From contig NC_135901.1 in assembly GCF_964194155.1 (NCBI RefSeq), positions 28,272,001-28,336,000 on the forward strand: a stretch of DNA of 64,000 nt, read 5' to 3'. Source of the stretch: Cetorhinus maximus (taxonomy: Eukaryota). Shown one piece after another: positions 12,022-22,880 of the stretch (its first letter is position 1; every line of letters starts with the position of its first letter). The notes beneath the pieces were generated by a model that had not been told where the DNA came from, made no database searches, and worked only from the letters and a program-made list of their open reading frames with translations. A program made the position numbers and the translations under genes.

Positions 12022-13392
12022 TCACGATCTAAAATTGTTGAACTCAATATTCAGTCCAGAAGGCTGTAAAGTGCCTAGTCGGAAGATGAGGTGCTGTTCC
12101 TCCAGTTTGCGTTGAGCTTCACTGGAACATTGCAGCAGGCCAAGGACGGACATGTGGGCATGAGAGCAGGGTGGGGTGTTGAAATGGCAAGCGACAAGGA
12201 GGTCTGGGTCATGCTTGCGGACAGACTGAAGGTGTTCCACAAAGCGGTCACCCGGTCTGCGTTTGTTCTCTCCAATGTAGAGGAAACCGCATTGGGAGCA
12301 GCGAGGGAATTGAGGGAAGTGCAAGTTAAATGCTGCTTCACTTGAAAGGAGTGTTTGGGCCCTTGGATGGTGAGGAGGCGGGAAGTGAAGGGGCAGGTGT
12401 TGCACCTTCTGTGGTTGCATGGGAAGGTGCCATGGGAGGGGTTTGAGGTGTAGGGGGTGATGGAGGAGTGGACCAGGGTGTCCCGGAGGGAACGATCCCT
12501 GCGGAATGCCGCCGGGGGGGTGAAGGGAAGTTGTGTTTGGTGGTGGCATCATACTAGAGTTGGCGGAAATGGCGGAGGATGATCCTTTGAATGTGGAGGC
12601 TGATGGGGTGATAAGTGAGGACAAGGGGGACCCTATCATGTTTCTGGGAGGGAGAGGAAGGTGTGAGGGCGGATGCGCGGGAGATGGGCCAGACACGGTT
12701 GAGGGCCCTGTCAACCACCGTGGGTGGAAAACCTCAGTTAAGGAAGAAGGAAGACATGTCAGAGGAACCTTTTTTGAAAGTGGCATCATCAGAACTGATG
12801 CGACAGAGGCGAAGGAACTGAAAGAATGGGATGGAGTCCTTACAGGAAGCAGGGTGTGAGGAGCTGTAGTCAAGGTAGCTGTTGGAGTCGGTAGGCTTGT
12901 AATGAATATTGGTGAACAGTCTATCACCAGAAATTGAGACTGAGAGGTCAAGGAAGGGAAGGGAAGTGTCAGTCGTGGACCATGTGAAAATGATGGAGTG
13001 GTGGAAATTGGAAGCAAAATTAACAAATTTTTCCAGGTCCAGACGAGAGCATGAAGCAGCACCAAAGCAGTCATCGATGTACCGGAGAAAGAGTTGTGGG
13101 AGGGGGCCGGAGTAGGACTGGAACATGGAATGCTCCACATGCCCCATAAAGAGACAGGAATAACTGGGGCCCATGCGGGTACCCATAGCCACATCTTTTA
13201 TTTGGAGGAAGTGAGAGGAGTTTAGGGAGAAATTGTTCAGTGAGAGAACAAGTTCAGCTAGACGGAGGAGAGTAGTGGTGGATGGGGATTGTTCGGGCCT
13301 CTGTTCGAGGAAGAAGCGGAGAGCCTTCAGACCATCCCGGTGGGGGATGGAGATGTAGAGGGATTGGACATCCATGGTGAAGAGGAGGCAGT
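12022..13392 (-). pseudogene. PLE RT + GIY-YIG endonuclease ORF, frameshifted
   Basis: MDVQSLY (motif A), QIKDVAMGTRMGPSY, FLRYIDD, CSQCGFLYIGE...R, ending in FNNFRS*. Confidence 0.9.
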
Positions 13393-13800
13393 TGGAACCC
13401 GAGGACGTCGCTGCACAGCAGAATGATTCCTATTGGCTGGTTCGGGAAGGGTTCCATTGTGGACGTCACAATGAGGAAGTTGGACAATGAGCTTCAGACT
13501 AAAACTTCCTCCTCTGGGCAACATCTGTGAGGAAATCAATGTTTCCCCCTTTCCATTTCTTTTCTCATTCTGGGGGCAAATTGTTAACTTGCAGGAACTG
13601 AAGGGAAAGGAAGTGAATCCAGGGAGGGTGCAGACTTTGGAAAGGTTGGCCCAGGTCACTCTCTCTCTCTTTTAAAGACATTGACATCCTTTGGTCCCTC
13701 AGCTTGACACATTTATTTGTCTGGCTAAAAGGATGGCCTCTTTCCTAATGTTCACAATTAAAGGGCTGGTTTCCCCGGGAGATGGCTGACATGTAAGGAG
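13393..13800 (+). promoter_or_regulatory. Z3 half-promoter, exon 1 and mini-exon (13595-13644)
   Basis: Homologous to the minus-strand half at 3770-3960, followed by the invariant mini-exon. Confidence 0.7.
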
Positions 13801-15461
13801 ACAATTTCAGGGCAATTAACTGTCCTGTATTTTAAGGGATTGCTCCTTATTTTGCCTTTTGCCCTGTATTTCTCAGACAGCCTGTTGGAAACTGATCCCG
13901 GGAATCTCCAGGGTGAGTTTGAGTGATTCGAGTGGGACTGCAAGTGAGTGAGTTGGCCAGCAGAGAGATGATGATGTTGTGACTAAACAAGATAAGTTGT
14001 AAGTTTTAGTTTATTTTAAACCCCACCCCTCCCACTATTATTGTCTCAAGAACCCTCCTCCTCACCTCCTCTCATATTGAAACCCAAACCACCATCCAAC
14101 TGCTCTCACGGTCACCAGCATCCCACCACCACCCACTCTCCAACCCCACGGCTGAAGTGTCCGTTATTTTATTTTGTAAGTCTTCTGCCCCCTGGACAAT
14201 ATAGTAATAGAGGACAAAGATATGTCTAATGTTGGGGGATTGGGGACACGTTAGCTATATTATTTATAGTTCTGTAATTAAGTTCATTTGTTATCCTTTC
14301 TAGTCTTGGAGAAGAGTACTGCAGGTACTTAATATATTTCCAGTGATAGTCATTATGACACAGAAGGAGTCCATTTGATAACTTGAGTCCAGATTGAATC
14401 TCTGTCGAGTGACCCAGGCAGTCCCATTCCCCCTTCTATATCCCCATTCCTCTGCATGTTCATTTCCTTCAAATGTCAATTCAATTTCATTTTGAAATTA
14501 TTGATCATTTCTGGAACCACCACCCTCATAGGCTGTGGCTTCCAGACATCACCACTGGCTGTTGAAACAAAGTTCTTCCCCACAGCATCATGTGTCTCTA
14601 ATCATGTAATAGAGTCCTGTGTGTTACACACATTTTTAGTGCAGTACTATTGGGTGTATATGAGATAAAGTAGGGTGAGAATGGAGTGAGAGTGTGTGGG
14701 GTGGAGGTTTACAGCTTTTGGGGAGCGAGAGATGAAAGAATGTTCCGTAGAAACGAGAATTGTCTGTTCTGAATTTCTATCCTGTACTGACAGTGATGAC
14801 TTTAGTAAACTCCTTTAACAGGATATTCGAAGGGGAGGATTTGCAGCCAGAAATCTCAAACCAAACTTCACATCAAGATCTGACAGAGTCACCCCATTCA
14901 TTGGGTGCTGAATATGATTGGCTTTTGAATCTGGATGGAGAAATGTTTGTCTGTTCTGTCTGCTTGCAAAGGTTTCCAACATCAGTCTGACTGGAAAAGC
15001 ACCAAGACACACACACTTGAGTGAGAGTGTTCCAGTGCACTGACTCTGGAAAGAGCTTTAACCAGTTACACAGCCTGAAAAAACATCACCATTCACAGTG
15101 GGGACAGGCCATACACGTGTTCTGTGTGTGGACGAGGCTTCAACTGATCGTTGAACCTGGAGAGACACAAGGACACATGCAGAATGGAGAAACCATGGAA
15201 ATGTGGGGACTGTGGGAAGGGATTCGAAGCCCCGTCTGAGCTGGAAACTCATCGATGCAGTCACACCGGGGAGAGGCCATTCACCTGCTCTGAGTGTGGG
15301 AAGGGATTCACTCAATTATCCGACCTGCAGATACACCAGCGAGTTCACACTGGGGAGAGACCCTTCACCTGCTCTGATTGTGGGAAGGGATTCACTCAAT
15401 TATAAAAACAGAATTACCTGGAAAAACTCAGCAGGTCTGGCAGCATCGGCGGAGAAGAAAT

Positions 15462-15502
15462 CAGTTAACGTTTCGAGCCTTCATGGCCCTTCGGCAGAAC
15501 TG
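15462..15502 (-). ncRNA. Minimal hammerhead-like motif
   Basis: CAGUU-CUGCCGA-A-GGGCC-AUGAA-GGCUC-GAAACGUU-AACUG. Confidence 0.7.
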
Positions 15503-16945
15503 AACCATAGTTAGAAGAAGGGAGAAATATAAATTGGTTTAAGGTGGGTGGGGGGGGGGGGGGGGGGTGGGGGTGGTGGGGGGGGGGGGGGTGAAAGAGA
15601 GACATTGAGGGTGTGGTGATTGTGGAGATGAGCAGATAATCAAAAGATGTCACAGACAAAAGGGTCCAAGAGGTGTTTTGTCTGAGAAAAGTGCTAATTA
15701 AGAATGGAAGACGGGATATTCAAAGTACAGCTCTAGTGGGGGTGGGGTGGAAAGGCTAACAAGGTTTTAGTTTTAGATTTAAAAATAATGGAAATAGGTG
15801 GGGAAAGAAGAATCTATATAAATATTGAGAAAAAAAAAGCGGGGGGGGTGGGGGGGGAAGAAACGGGGTGGGGATGGGGGGAGGGGGAGTTTAAGATCTA
15901 AAGTTGTTGAATTCAATATTCAGCCCGGAAGGCTGTAAAGTGCCTAGTCGGAAGATGAGGTGCTGTTCCTCCAGTTTGCGTTGGGCTTCACTGGAACAAT
16001 GCAGCAAGCCAAGGACAGACATGTGGGCAAGAGAGCAGGGTGGAGTGTTAAAATGGCAAGCGACAGGGAGGTTTGGGTCTTTCTTGCGGACAGACCGCAG
16101 GTGTTCTGCAAAGCGGTTGCCCAGTTTGCGTTTGGTCTCTCCAATGTAGAGGAGACCGCATTGGGAGCAACGAATGCAGTAGACTAAGTTAGGGGAAATG
16201 CAAGTGAAATGCTGCTTCACTTGAAAGGAGTGTTTGGGCCCTTGGACGGTGAGGAGAGAGGAAGTGAAGGGGCAGGTGTTGCATCTTCTGTTTGGGCATG
16301 GGGAGGTGCCCTAGCTGCGGGTTGAGGAGTAGGGGGTGATGGAAGAGTGGACCAGGGTGTCCCGGAGGGAACGATCCCTATGGAATGCCGCCAGGGGGGG
16401 TGAAGGGAAGATGTGTTTGGTGGTGGCATCATGCTGGAGTTGGCGGAAATGGCGGAGGATGATCCTTTGAATGCGGAGGCTGGTGGGGTGATAAGTGAGG
16501 ACAAGGGGGACCCTATCATGTTTCTGGGAAGGAGGAGAAGGCGTGAGGGAGGATGCACGGGATATGGGCCGGACACGGTTGAGGGCCCTGTCAACGACCG
16601 TGGATGGAAAACCTCGGTTAAGGAAGAAAGGACATGTCAGAGGAGCTTTTTATATAGATTCTTCTTTCCCCACCTATTTCCATTATTTTTAAATCTAAAA
16701 CTAAAACCTTGTTAGCCTTTCCACCCCACCCCCACTAGAGCTGTACTTTGAATATCCTGTCTTCCATTCTTAATTAGCACTTTTCTCAGACAAAACACCT
16801 CTTTGACCCTTTTGTCTGTGACATCTTTTGATTATCTGCTCATCTCCACAATCACCACACCCTCAATGTCTCTCTCTCCCCCCCCCCCCCCCCCCCCCAC
16901 CCACCTTAAACCAATTTATATTTCTCCCTTCTTCTAACTATGCTT

Positions 16946-16985
16946 CAGTTCTGCGAAGGGCCATGAAGGCTCGAAACGTTAAATG
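16946..16985 (+). ncRNA. Hammerhead-like motif with a 1-nt core deletion
   Basis: cagtt-ctgcga-agggccatgaaggctc-gaaacgtt-aaatg. Confidence 0.55.
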
Positions 16986-17674
16986 ATTTCTTCTCCGCTG
17001 ATGCTGCCAGACCTGCTGAGTTTTTCCAGGTAATTCTGTTTTTGTTTTGGATTTCCAGCATCCGCAGTAGCTTTTAGCTTTTTGTTTTTATATTCACTCA
17101 ATTATCCTCCCTGCTGACTCACCAGCGAGTTCACACTGGGGAGAGACCATTCACCTGCTCTGAGTGTGGAAAGGGAATCATTCTGTCATCTCACCTGCAG
17201 AGACACAAGCGAGTTCACACTGGGGAGAGACCATTCACCTGTTCTGAGTGTGGGAAGGGATTTAGTGACTCATCCACATTGCTGACTCACCAGCAGGCTC
17301 ACAGCGGGGAGAGGCCGTTCACGTGTTCCGTGTGTGGGAAGGGATTCACTCGGTCATCCCACCTGCTGAGGCACCAGACAGTTCACACTGGGGAGAGGCC
17401 TTTCACCTGCTCTGAGTGTGGGAAGGGATTCACTTGGTCATCCCATCTGCTGAGGCACCAGCGAGTTCACACCGGGGAGAAGCCATTCACCTGCTCCAAG
17501 TGTGGGAAGGGATTCAGTGATTCATCCGAGCTGCTGAGACACCAGCGAGTTCACACCGGGGAGAGACCGTTCACCTGCTCTGAGTGTGGGAAGGGATGCA
17601 CATGTTCATCGGAGCTGCTGAGACACCAGACAGTTCACACTGATTAGAGACCTTTTAGATGCTCTGACTGTGGA

Positions 17675-18815
17675 TGTTAATTGTATCAATTGACGTTAAG
17701 TATATACAGGTGGGTGTCATGGATTGGATAGTTACTTGAGCACATATGAAGAGACTCTTACTGACATAGAGTGTAGCCAAGTCAGAAGGTATATACCTGT
17801 AATGTTTCACTCAGTAAATAAATCTATACCAAGTAAAGACTGGCTCCAGTTTACTCCTTCACCATCAGGCTGTCAGGATTATAACATGGTAACAGAGAAT
17901 GCTTGTCTCATGGTGAAGGTTGGAAACTAAAGGAAAATAAAATTTCAGACAGAAACTTACAATCTGAGTAGCTTTTGTGAGAAATGGCTGAAAGCAAGTG
18001 GAAATTGTCAGGGTCTGATTACCCGCCGATGTTCTCGGAGTCTGAGCCACACGACCAGTGGAAGAATGAAGTGGAGATGTGGACACGGGTTATGTCCCTA
18101 CCAAGGAGGAAACAAGGTCTGGTCTTGGCATTGTCACTTACCAACAAAAGTAAAATCAGAAGCAAAGTATTTAGTGAGCTAGATGCTGGTCGGTTGGATA
18201 CTGATGAAGGTTTGGATCTTCTATTCGGGTTCATTGATGAGATTTACAAGAAAGATGTTCTAGTGGATGCCTATGAAGCATAGATGGACTTTGACAGGCT
18301 TCGAATGAGGGCAAAAGCATCTGTAACAGATCTGGATATCTCAACAGAAGACAAGATTAGAACAGCACCAATAGGTGAATGAACCCCAGGGGTGACCAGG
18401 GAACAGTTAACAGGTGTTTCAGGTCTGACTCAAAATATCATTATGTGATGAACTGCCCAAAGTGGAAAATCAGGGTCTTCGAAGTGACACATGATACAGA
18501 GAATTCTAAGGCTGAAGATGATGATGATGATCACTCTGAAGGAATTGTACTAGTCACAAGGAGCTTTGGTCCAGTGATGAGTATGTTAGTCACAGACTCA
18601 TTCAACTATGCTGTGTTAGACAGTGGCTGCACCTTGACAGTATGTGGATTAGATTGGTGAACATGTTACCCAGATTCACCTCGTACTGAGGATCGACACA
18701 AGGTTAAGGAGTGTGAAAGTTGGACTTGTCTTGGTTTGGTGATGTCAACGCATTGAAGTCACTAAAAAGAGTGGGGATTCCCTGCAAAATAACTGGAGTC
18801 AGCCTCTTTATCAGT
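17675..18815 (+). mobile_element. GalEa-like Ty1/Copia element 5' part: LTR 17675-17886, PBS, degenerate gag and protease
   Basis: TG...CA LTR with AATAAA at 17817, PBS TGGTAACAGAG, gag 17984-18283, knuckle remnant CFRSDSKYHYVMNC and protease AVLDSGCT. Confidence 0.75.
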
Positions 18816-19594
18816 GTTAACTGTTAAACTTCACCCCGATGACACATTTGTGTAATTAATAAGGCTTATATTACCAAATTATACTGTATGTAAGCTTAAC
18901 GATGAACGGTCTTCAATTGCCTGGCTCTTTCAGTTCCAGATACTGTAATGTAGCTTTAAGAAAAAAAAAACTGGTGTTAAGGTCAGTGTGGAAGAATAAA
19001 ATACATCTACAGGACAACTAAGGGTTAAACAGTTAAAACCATAGTGGAATACTACAGCACAGTTCCCTCTTTTGTTCTAGCAGGCACACCTGCAACTGCC
19101 AGCTAATTGAGCAGGAAAGGAGAAAAGGAGTATCTTAAACAAGCTTCCTAGAATCCTTGAGACAAGCCTAGGATGTCTGCCCCCAACACAAAGAGACAGG
19201 ATCAAGCAATGGTCATCTGTTCTCTAAGAGTGTACACCCCCTAGCACTAAAGATAAGGTCAAGCATGGTTATCTATTCTCTGTCTGACTTTTTATTACTA
19301 TGTGGGCTTCCCCCAATATCCTGTATAGTCATTACTTAGAATAGACTAATTGTGTGTTGCATGCCAAAGACAATGATTCTCAATGTAATTGATTATTGAA
19401 AGTTAGACAGTCTTATCACCTTCAAGCTCTTTGATATGTACGACTTCTACTATAAATATGTATGTACTCTGATGCTTCCTCAGAGTGTCAGCTAGCTCCA
19501 TTGTATGCTGCTGGGCTCTCCGTGATATCACGATTTAATAAAGGCTTCCGAGACAAACCTCCTGGGTCTGAGTGTTCTGTTTTCCGCGACAAAT

Positions 19595-19612
19595 TGGCGA
19601 CGAGGATGGGAT
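19595..19612 (+). promoter_or_regulatory. Primer-binding site, tRNA-Ser(GCU)
   Basis: TGGCGACGAGGATGGGAT is complementary to the 3' 18 nt of vertebrate tRNA-Ser-GCT (recalled, not searched). Confidence 0.85.
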
Positions 19613-20176
19613 CCGACTGAAGTCCAGTAACCTCTTAAATTGGAGAGGTGATTGAAATCCTGGGCCGTCGGATCTCTAAAAAAAGAACCCTCGCGGAGAA
19701 AGGGAGGAATAACTCTCCTAAGTTAGGGTGAGTACGAACTGCATCCTAGCTGAAAGGGGATTGCAGTGAATTAGCGTCCCAGCTGAGAAGGGGACTGCCA
19801 GTAAAAGGGTAGCTACCGACCAAAGAGACTTAAGTGACCCAAAGAATCGGAGGACTTGTTAAGGAACTCTTAAACACCGGTGAGCGCATAGGGTAGGAAA
19901 TGCGCCGCGCTGTTAATTGTGTTTTCTTTTCAGAAAAATGGGAGGTCGCAACAGCAGAGCGGGCTCTGCCACTCCCCCCGCTTCGCAAAGTACTAAGAAC
20001 AAACCGAAACCGGCGAAACCGGAGCTTAAATCAGGAACTTTGAAGATGGGCAAGAAAACGGAATGAAAAATAGATGGAGGTAAAAAAAAGTAGTAGTATA
20101 CCCAGGGGTTCGAGTCCCATGGAGGTGAAAAGTAAGTAATTTCTGTGTTTTCTTTTGTGTATCTTATTAAGTAAAA

Positions 20177-20540
20177 TGGGAAATATGACATCAAAGAAAC
20201 CCCAGGTTCCCCCTTTGAAGGGAACCCCAAATGCTTATATGTATGTCCATTACGGTCCTGAAATTGTCCAACATGTTTCTGATTGGGTTAAATGGACTCA
20301 AAGTAAAGGAGAGAGCTTCCCACCAGCTGGAACTTTTAATCGGGACAGATTTGAGCGCTTATAATATGTTTTAAGGGAGGTAGATCGTCCGCTACTGAAT
20401 TTTCTGTAACTTTAAAAAAAGAATGAATTGATCTAAGTTACAAGAGCTGTTTGTGCTGAAAGAGAGAGAGAGAGAGAGAAAGGGTACCCCTAGGGGGTTA
20501 ATGAGCAATTTGCAAGCAGCAGCAGAGAAAATGTGAGCTT
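20177..20540 (+). pseudogene. gag matrix-like remnant
   Basis: MGNMTSKK (myristoylation-like) ...GTP...W.KWT...FP..GTF, followed by stops. Confidence 0.6.
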
Positions 20541-22079
20541 TCGTCAGTTTGAAGGTCCCTATAGGTGGAGCCTTCAAGATCCCTTTATTCCCCCCACTGC
20601 TACTCGAAGATTCGTTTAGAGTTAAGTTCAATATTAAAGGAGTATCGATACATACCTTTATATATGTGTTTGTGTGCAATGAAGCATTTGCATGTGAGCT
20701 TTAATGTGTTTTCTTCCCTGAATTGTCTTGTGTGTGTAGTTGAGCACTTTAGAGTCGAAAGCCCCAGATTAGATTAAAGGAAAAGTTTATTCAAATATTC
20801 CAAAGTTTTGAGTATAAGGTTTGAGTTGAGATTTCTGGCAAAAATTGTAATTTGAAGGTAGTGTAAAGATAAAACAGGGCTTGCCTTCGTTTGAGATGAA
20901 CCAACCCTTGTACCACCCTCTCGCAGACTAGTAGGGAATAACCCTCATCATCAGCTTCCAAGCTGATTGGGATTAATACATACGAGTTCATATTCTAAAA
21001 TTCTGAGAAAAAGAAATTACTTGAAATTCAGAAGGATTCTAGGAAAACCAAAAGACATAAACACAAGGTCTAGATAGTTCCAATGGATAAAAAGGGGTTT
21101 CTTATGAAAGAGATGAATTAAATATGAAAGGAAATCTGCTTTCCAAAAGCACTGGAATCTGAATTTGGGACAATCTTGAGATGTAAAGTGCAGTGTAATT
21201 TAACAGGTTACTTTTGAATCACTAGGATGCTATCTAAGATAAAGAATGTGTCGATAAACATACTTAAATTATAACTTGGATCCAAATCATTACACATGAA
21301 AAAGAGGTTGTTTTAATTTTGATAGTGTAAATTACAGTTCTTACAAAGTTTAAAAATTTGAGGTTTGGTTCTCGATAAAGTTCTCAAAAGGAAATATTCA
21401 TTTTAAAAGGCCTGACAACAATTGGCACTAATTCAAATGCTGCAAGCTTTTGTGTTTATAAGTCTGTTCCCAAAATATGAAGCTAAGCTCAAGACCTTGG
21501 CAAAGTTTGGCAGAAATCCAATTTTTGGCCGAGTTAATGAATCTGGGATAATTCTAAAAGAAAAGGGTCAGACACAATTTAGTGGGCTACCTTTAAGACA
21601 ATAAAATCTTTGAGAAGAAGAAAAGGAAGCAAAACACGTCAATACCTGATTTCTGTTTTAAAACTGTTATGAGAATACTTTATTGGATTGTAAAGTCTCT
21701 CCAGACAACCTGAACAAGATAAGATGGTAGCTGTTGCAAGTGTAATATGGTATGAGGCAAGTAGGAGAATGAGTTAGGGAAAGAGGACATAATGTACAAA
21801 CTGTTTTAAGGGAAGTGAATTTGATAATCTGGCCATCAACTGAGGCATTGGAACTGCACAGGGGGAGATAAGCAAAGATCTAGAGACAGAGATCCCCGTT
21901 GAAATGGAATAGTTAATATGGCCTAAAGAGTAAGGAAACATTTTAAACAATCAAGACAATAGAGAAACTGAACTCAAGAGAACCTTAGGATGATCATGGT
22001 CAGGAAAGAAAACTTAGAGGTAAAACTATGAGGAATCTGTAGTTCAGGAATTGAAATGTAAGGAGAAATAATACTTAAC

Positions 22080-22830
22080 AACAATTTACCACAAGATGGA
22101 TACAGGTAAAGGGAAAGCTGGAAAAAGGCTAAATAGATGTATTACTGATTATATTAATGTGCCTGTGAGCTACAAAAAGTAAAACCATAGGATTAACACC
22201 TTGATGACAGGCAGAGTTAAGCGGTTCCCAGAGAGAACCATCACTGGAAGTGAAGATACTGAGCCATTGAAAGATAGGATAAGAAGGTGCGTTGTAGAGT
22301 TGTTTAAGGAATTGAGGTCTGACATGAGACAGCAGCAGGAGAGAGTAAACTGGAAGGAGTGGGGGTGCCTACCCAGATGGATTCAGATCAGGGAACTCAT
22401 TTCACAGGGAGAGTCATTAAAGAAGTATGTAATCTTATGGAGATTAAACAGAAATTCCATATTCCTTACCACACCCAGAGTCCAGGGATGGTGGAAAGGA
22501 TGAACTGAACTTTAAAAACATCTATAGCCTAAACAATTCAGGAGACAGGCAACAGCTGGACCACAGTATTGCCCAGCATTCTGATGCGGCTTAGGGCTAC
22601 ACCAAATAAGACTACCAGGTTCACCGCATTGAATTGATAACAGGAAGGGCTATGCAATTACCTGAAGGTATTATAGTAGGAGGTGTAGGGCCACAGAAAT
22701 GAAAAATACAGGACAATGTAAGGGAATTAAGTAGGAAATTGCATGAGTTAAGGAAGGAAGTCAGAGACCGACAGGTGATTAAGGATATGGAAACAGGCAA
22801 ATCCAAAGAGAAAGATACATGACAATTGAC
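22080..22830 (+). pseudogene. Integrase remnant 1
   Basis: FHIPYHTQSPGMVERMN*TLK...W..VLP..LM.LRATP from ~22455. Confidence 0.75.
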
Positions 22831-22880
22831 CAAGCGGTAACCCAGAGAATGGGAGCCGATGTTAATGTCTCCACAGATCT

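Larger units (their letters stand above)
9448..13392 (-). mobile_element. Composite Penelope-like insertion splitting the Z2/Z3 promoter
   Basis: 13-bp TSD tggWacccgagga at 9435-9447 and 13393-13405. Contains pLTR pieces in both orientations, two GIY-YIG C-termini and an RT remnant. Confidence 0.85.
15404..17091. mobile_element. PLE insertion with inverted pLTRs (fold-back)
   Basis: 14-bp TSD attcactcaattat (15390-15403; 17092-17105). Minus-strand GIY-YIG ORF end at 15891-16640. ~400-bp inverted arms at 15404-15822 and 16649-17043. Confidence 0.92.
15184..17647 (+). pseudogene. ZNF gene Z3, 9 fingers, interrupted in finger 3 by a PLE
   Basis: 15184-15403 plus 17106-17647 gives a 762-nt open frame (253 aa). 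The insertion creates TAA at 15403-15405. Confidence 0.88.

Noticed and set aside
14985-14996. Shared in-frame TGA-CTG in upstream fingers as programmed readthrough or selenocysteine
   Set aside because: Paralogues have additional private frameshifts and TAA/TAG stops in the same region. No SECIS is evident, and CGA>TGA decay explains it.
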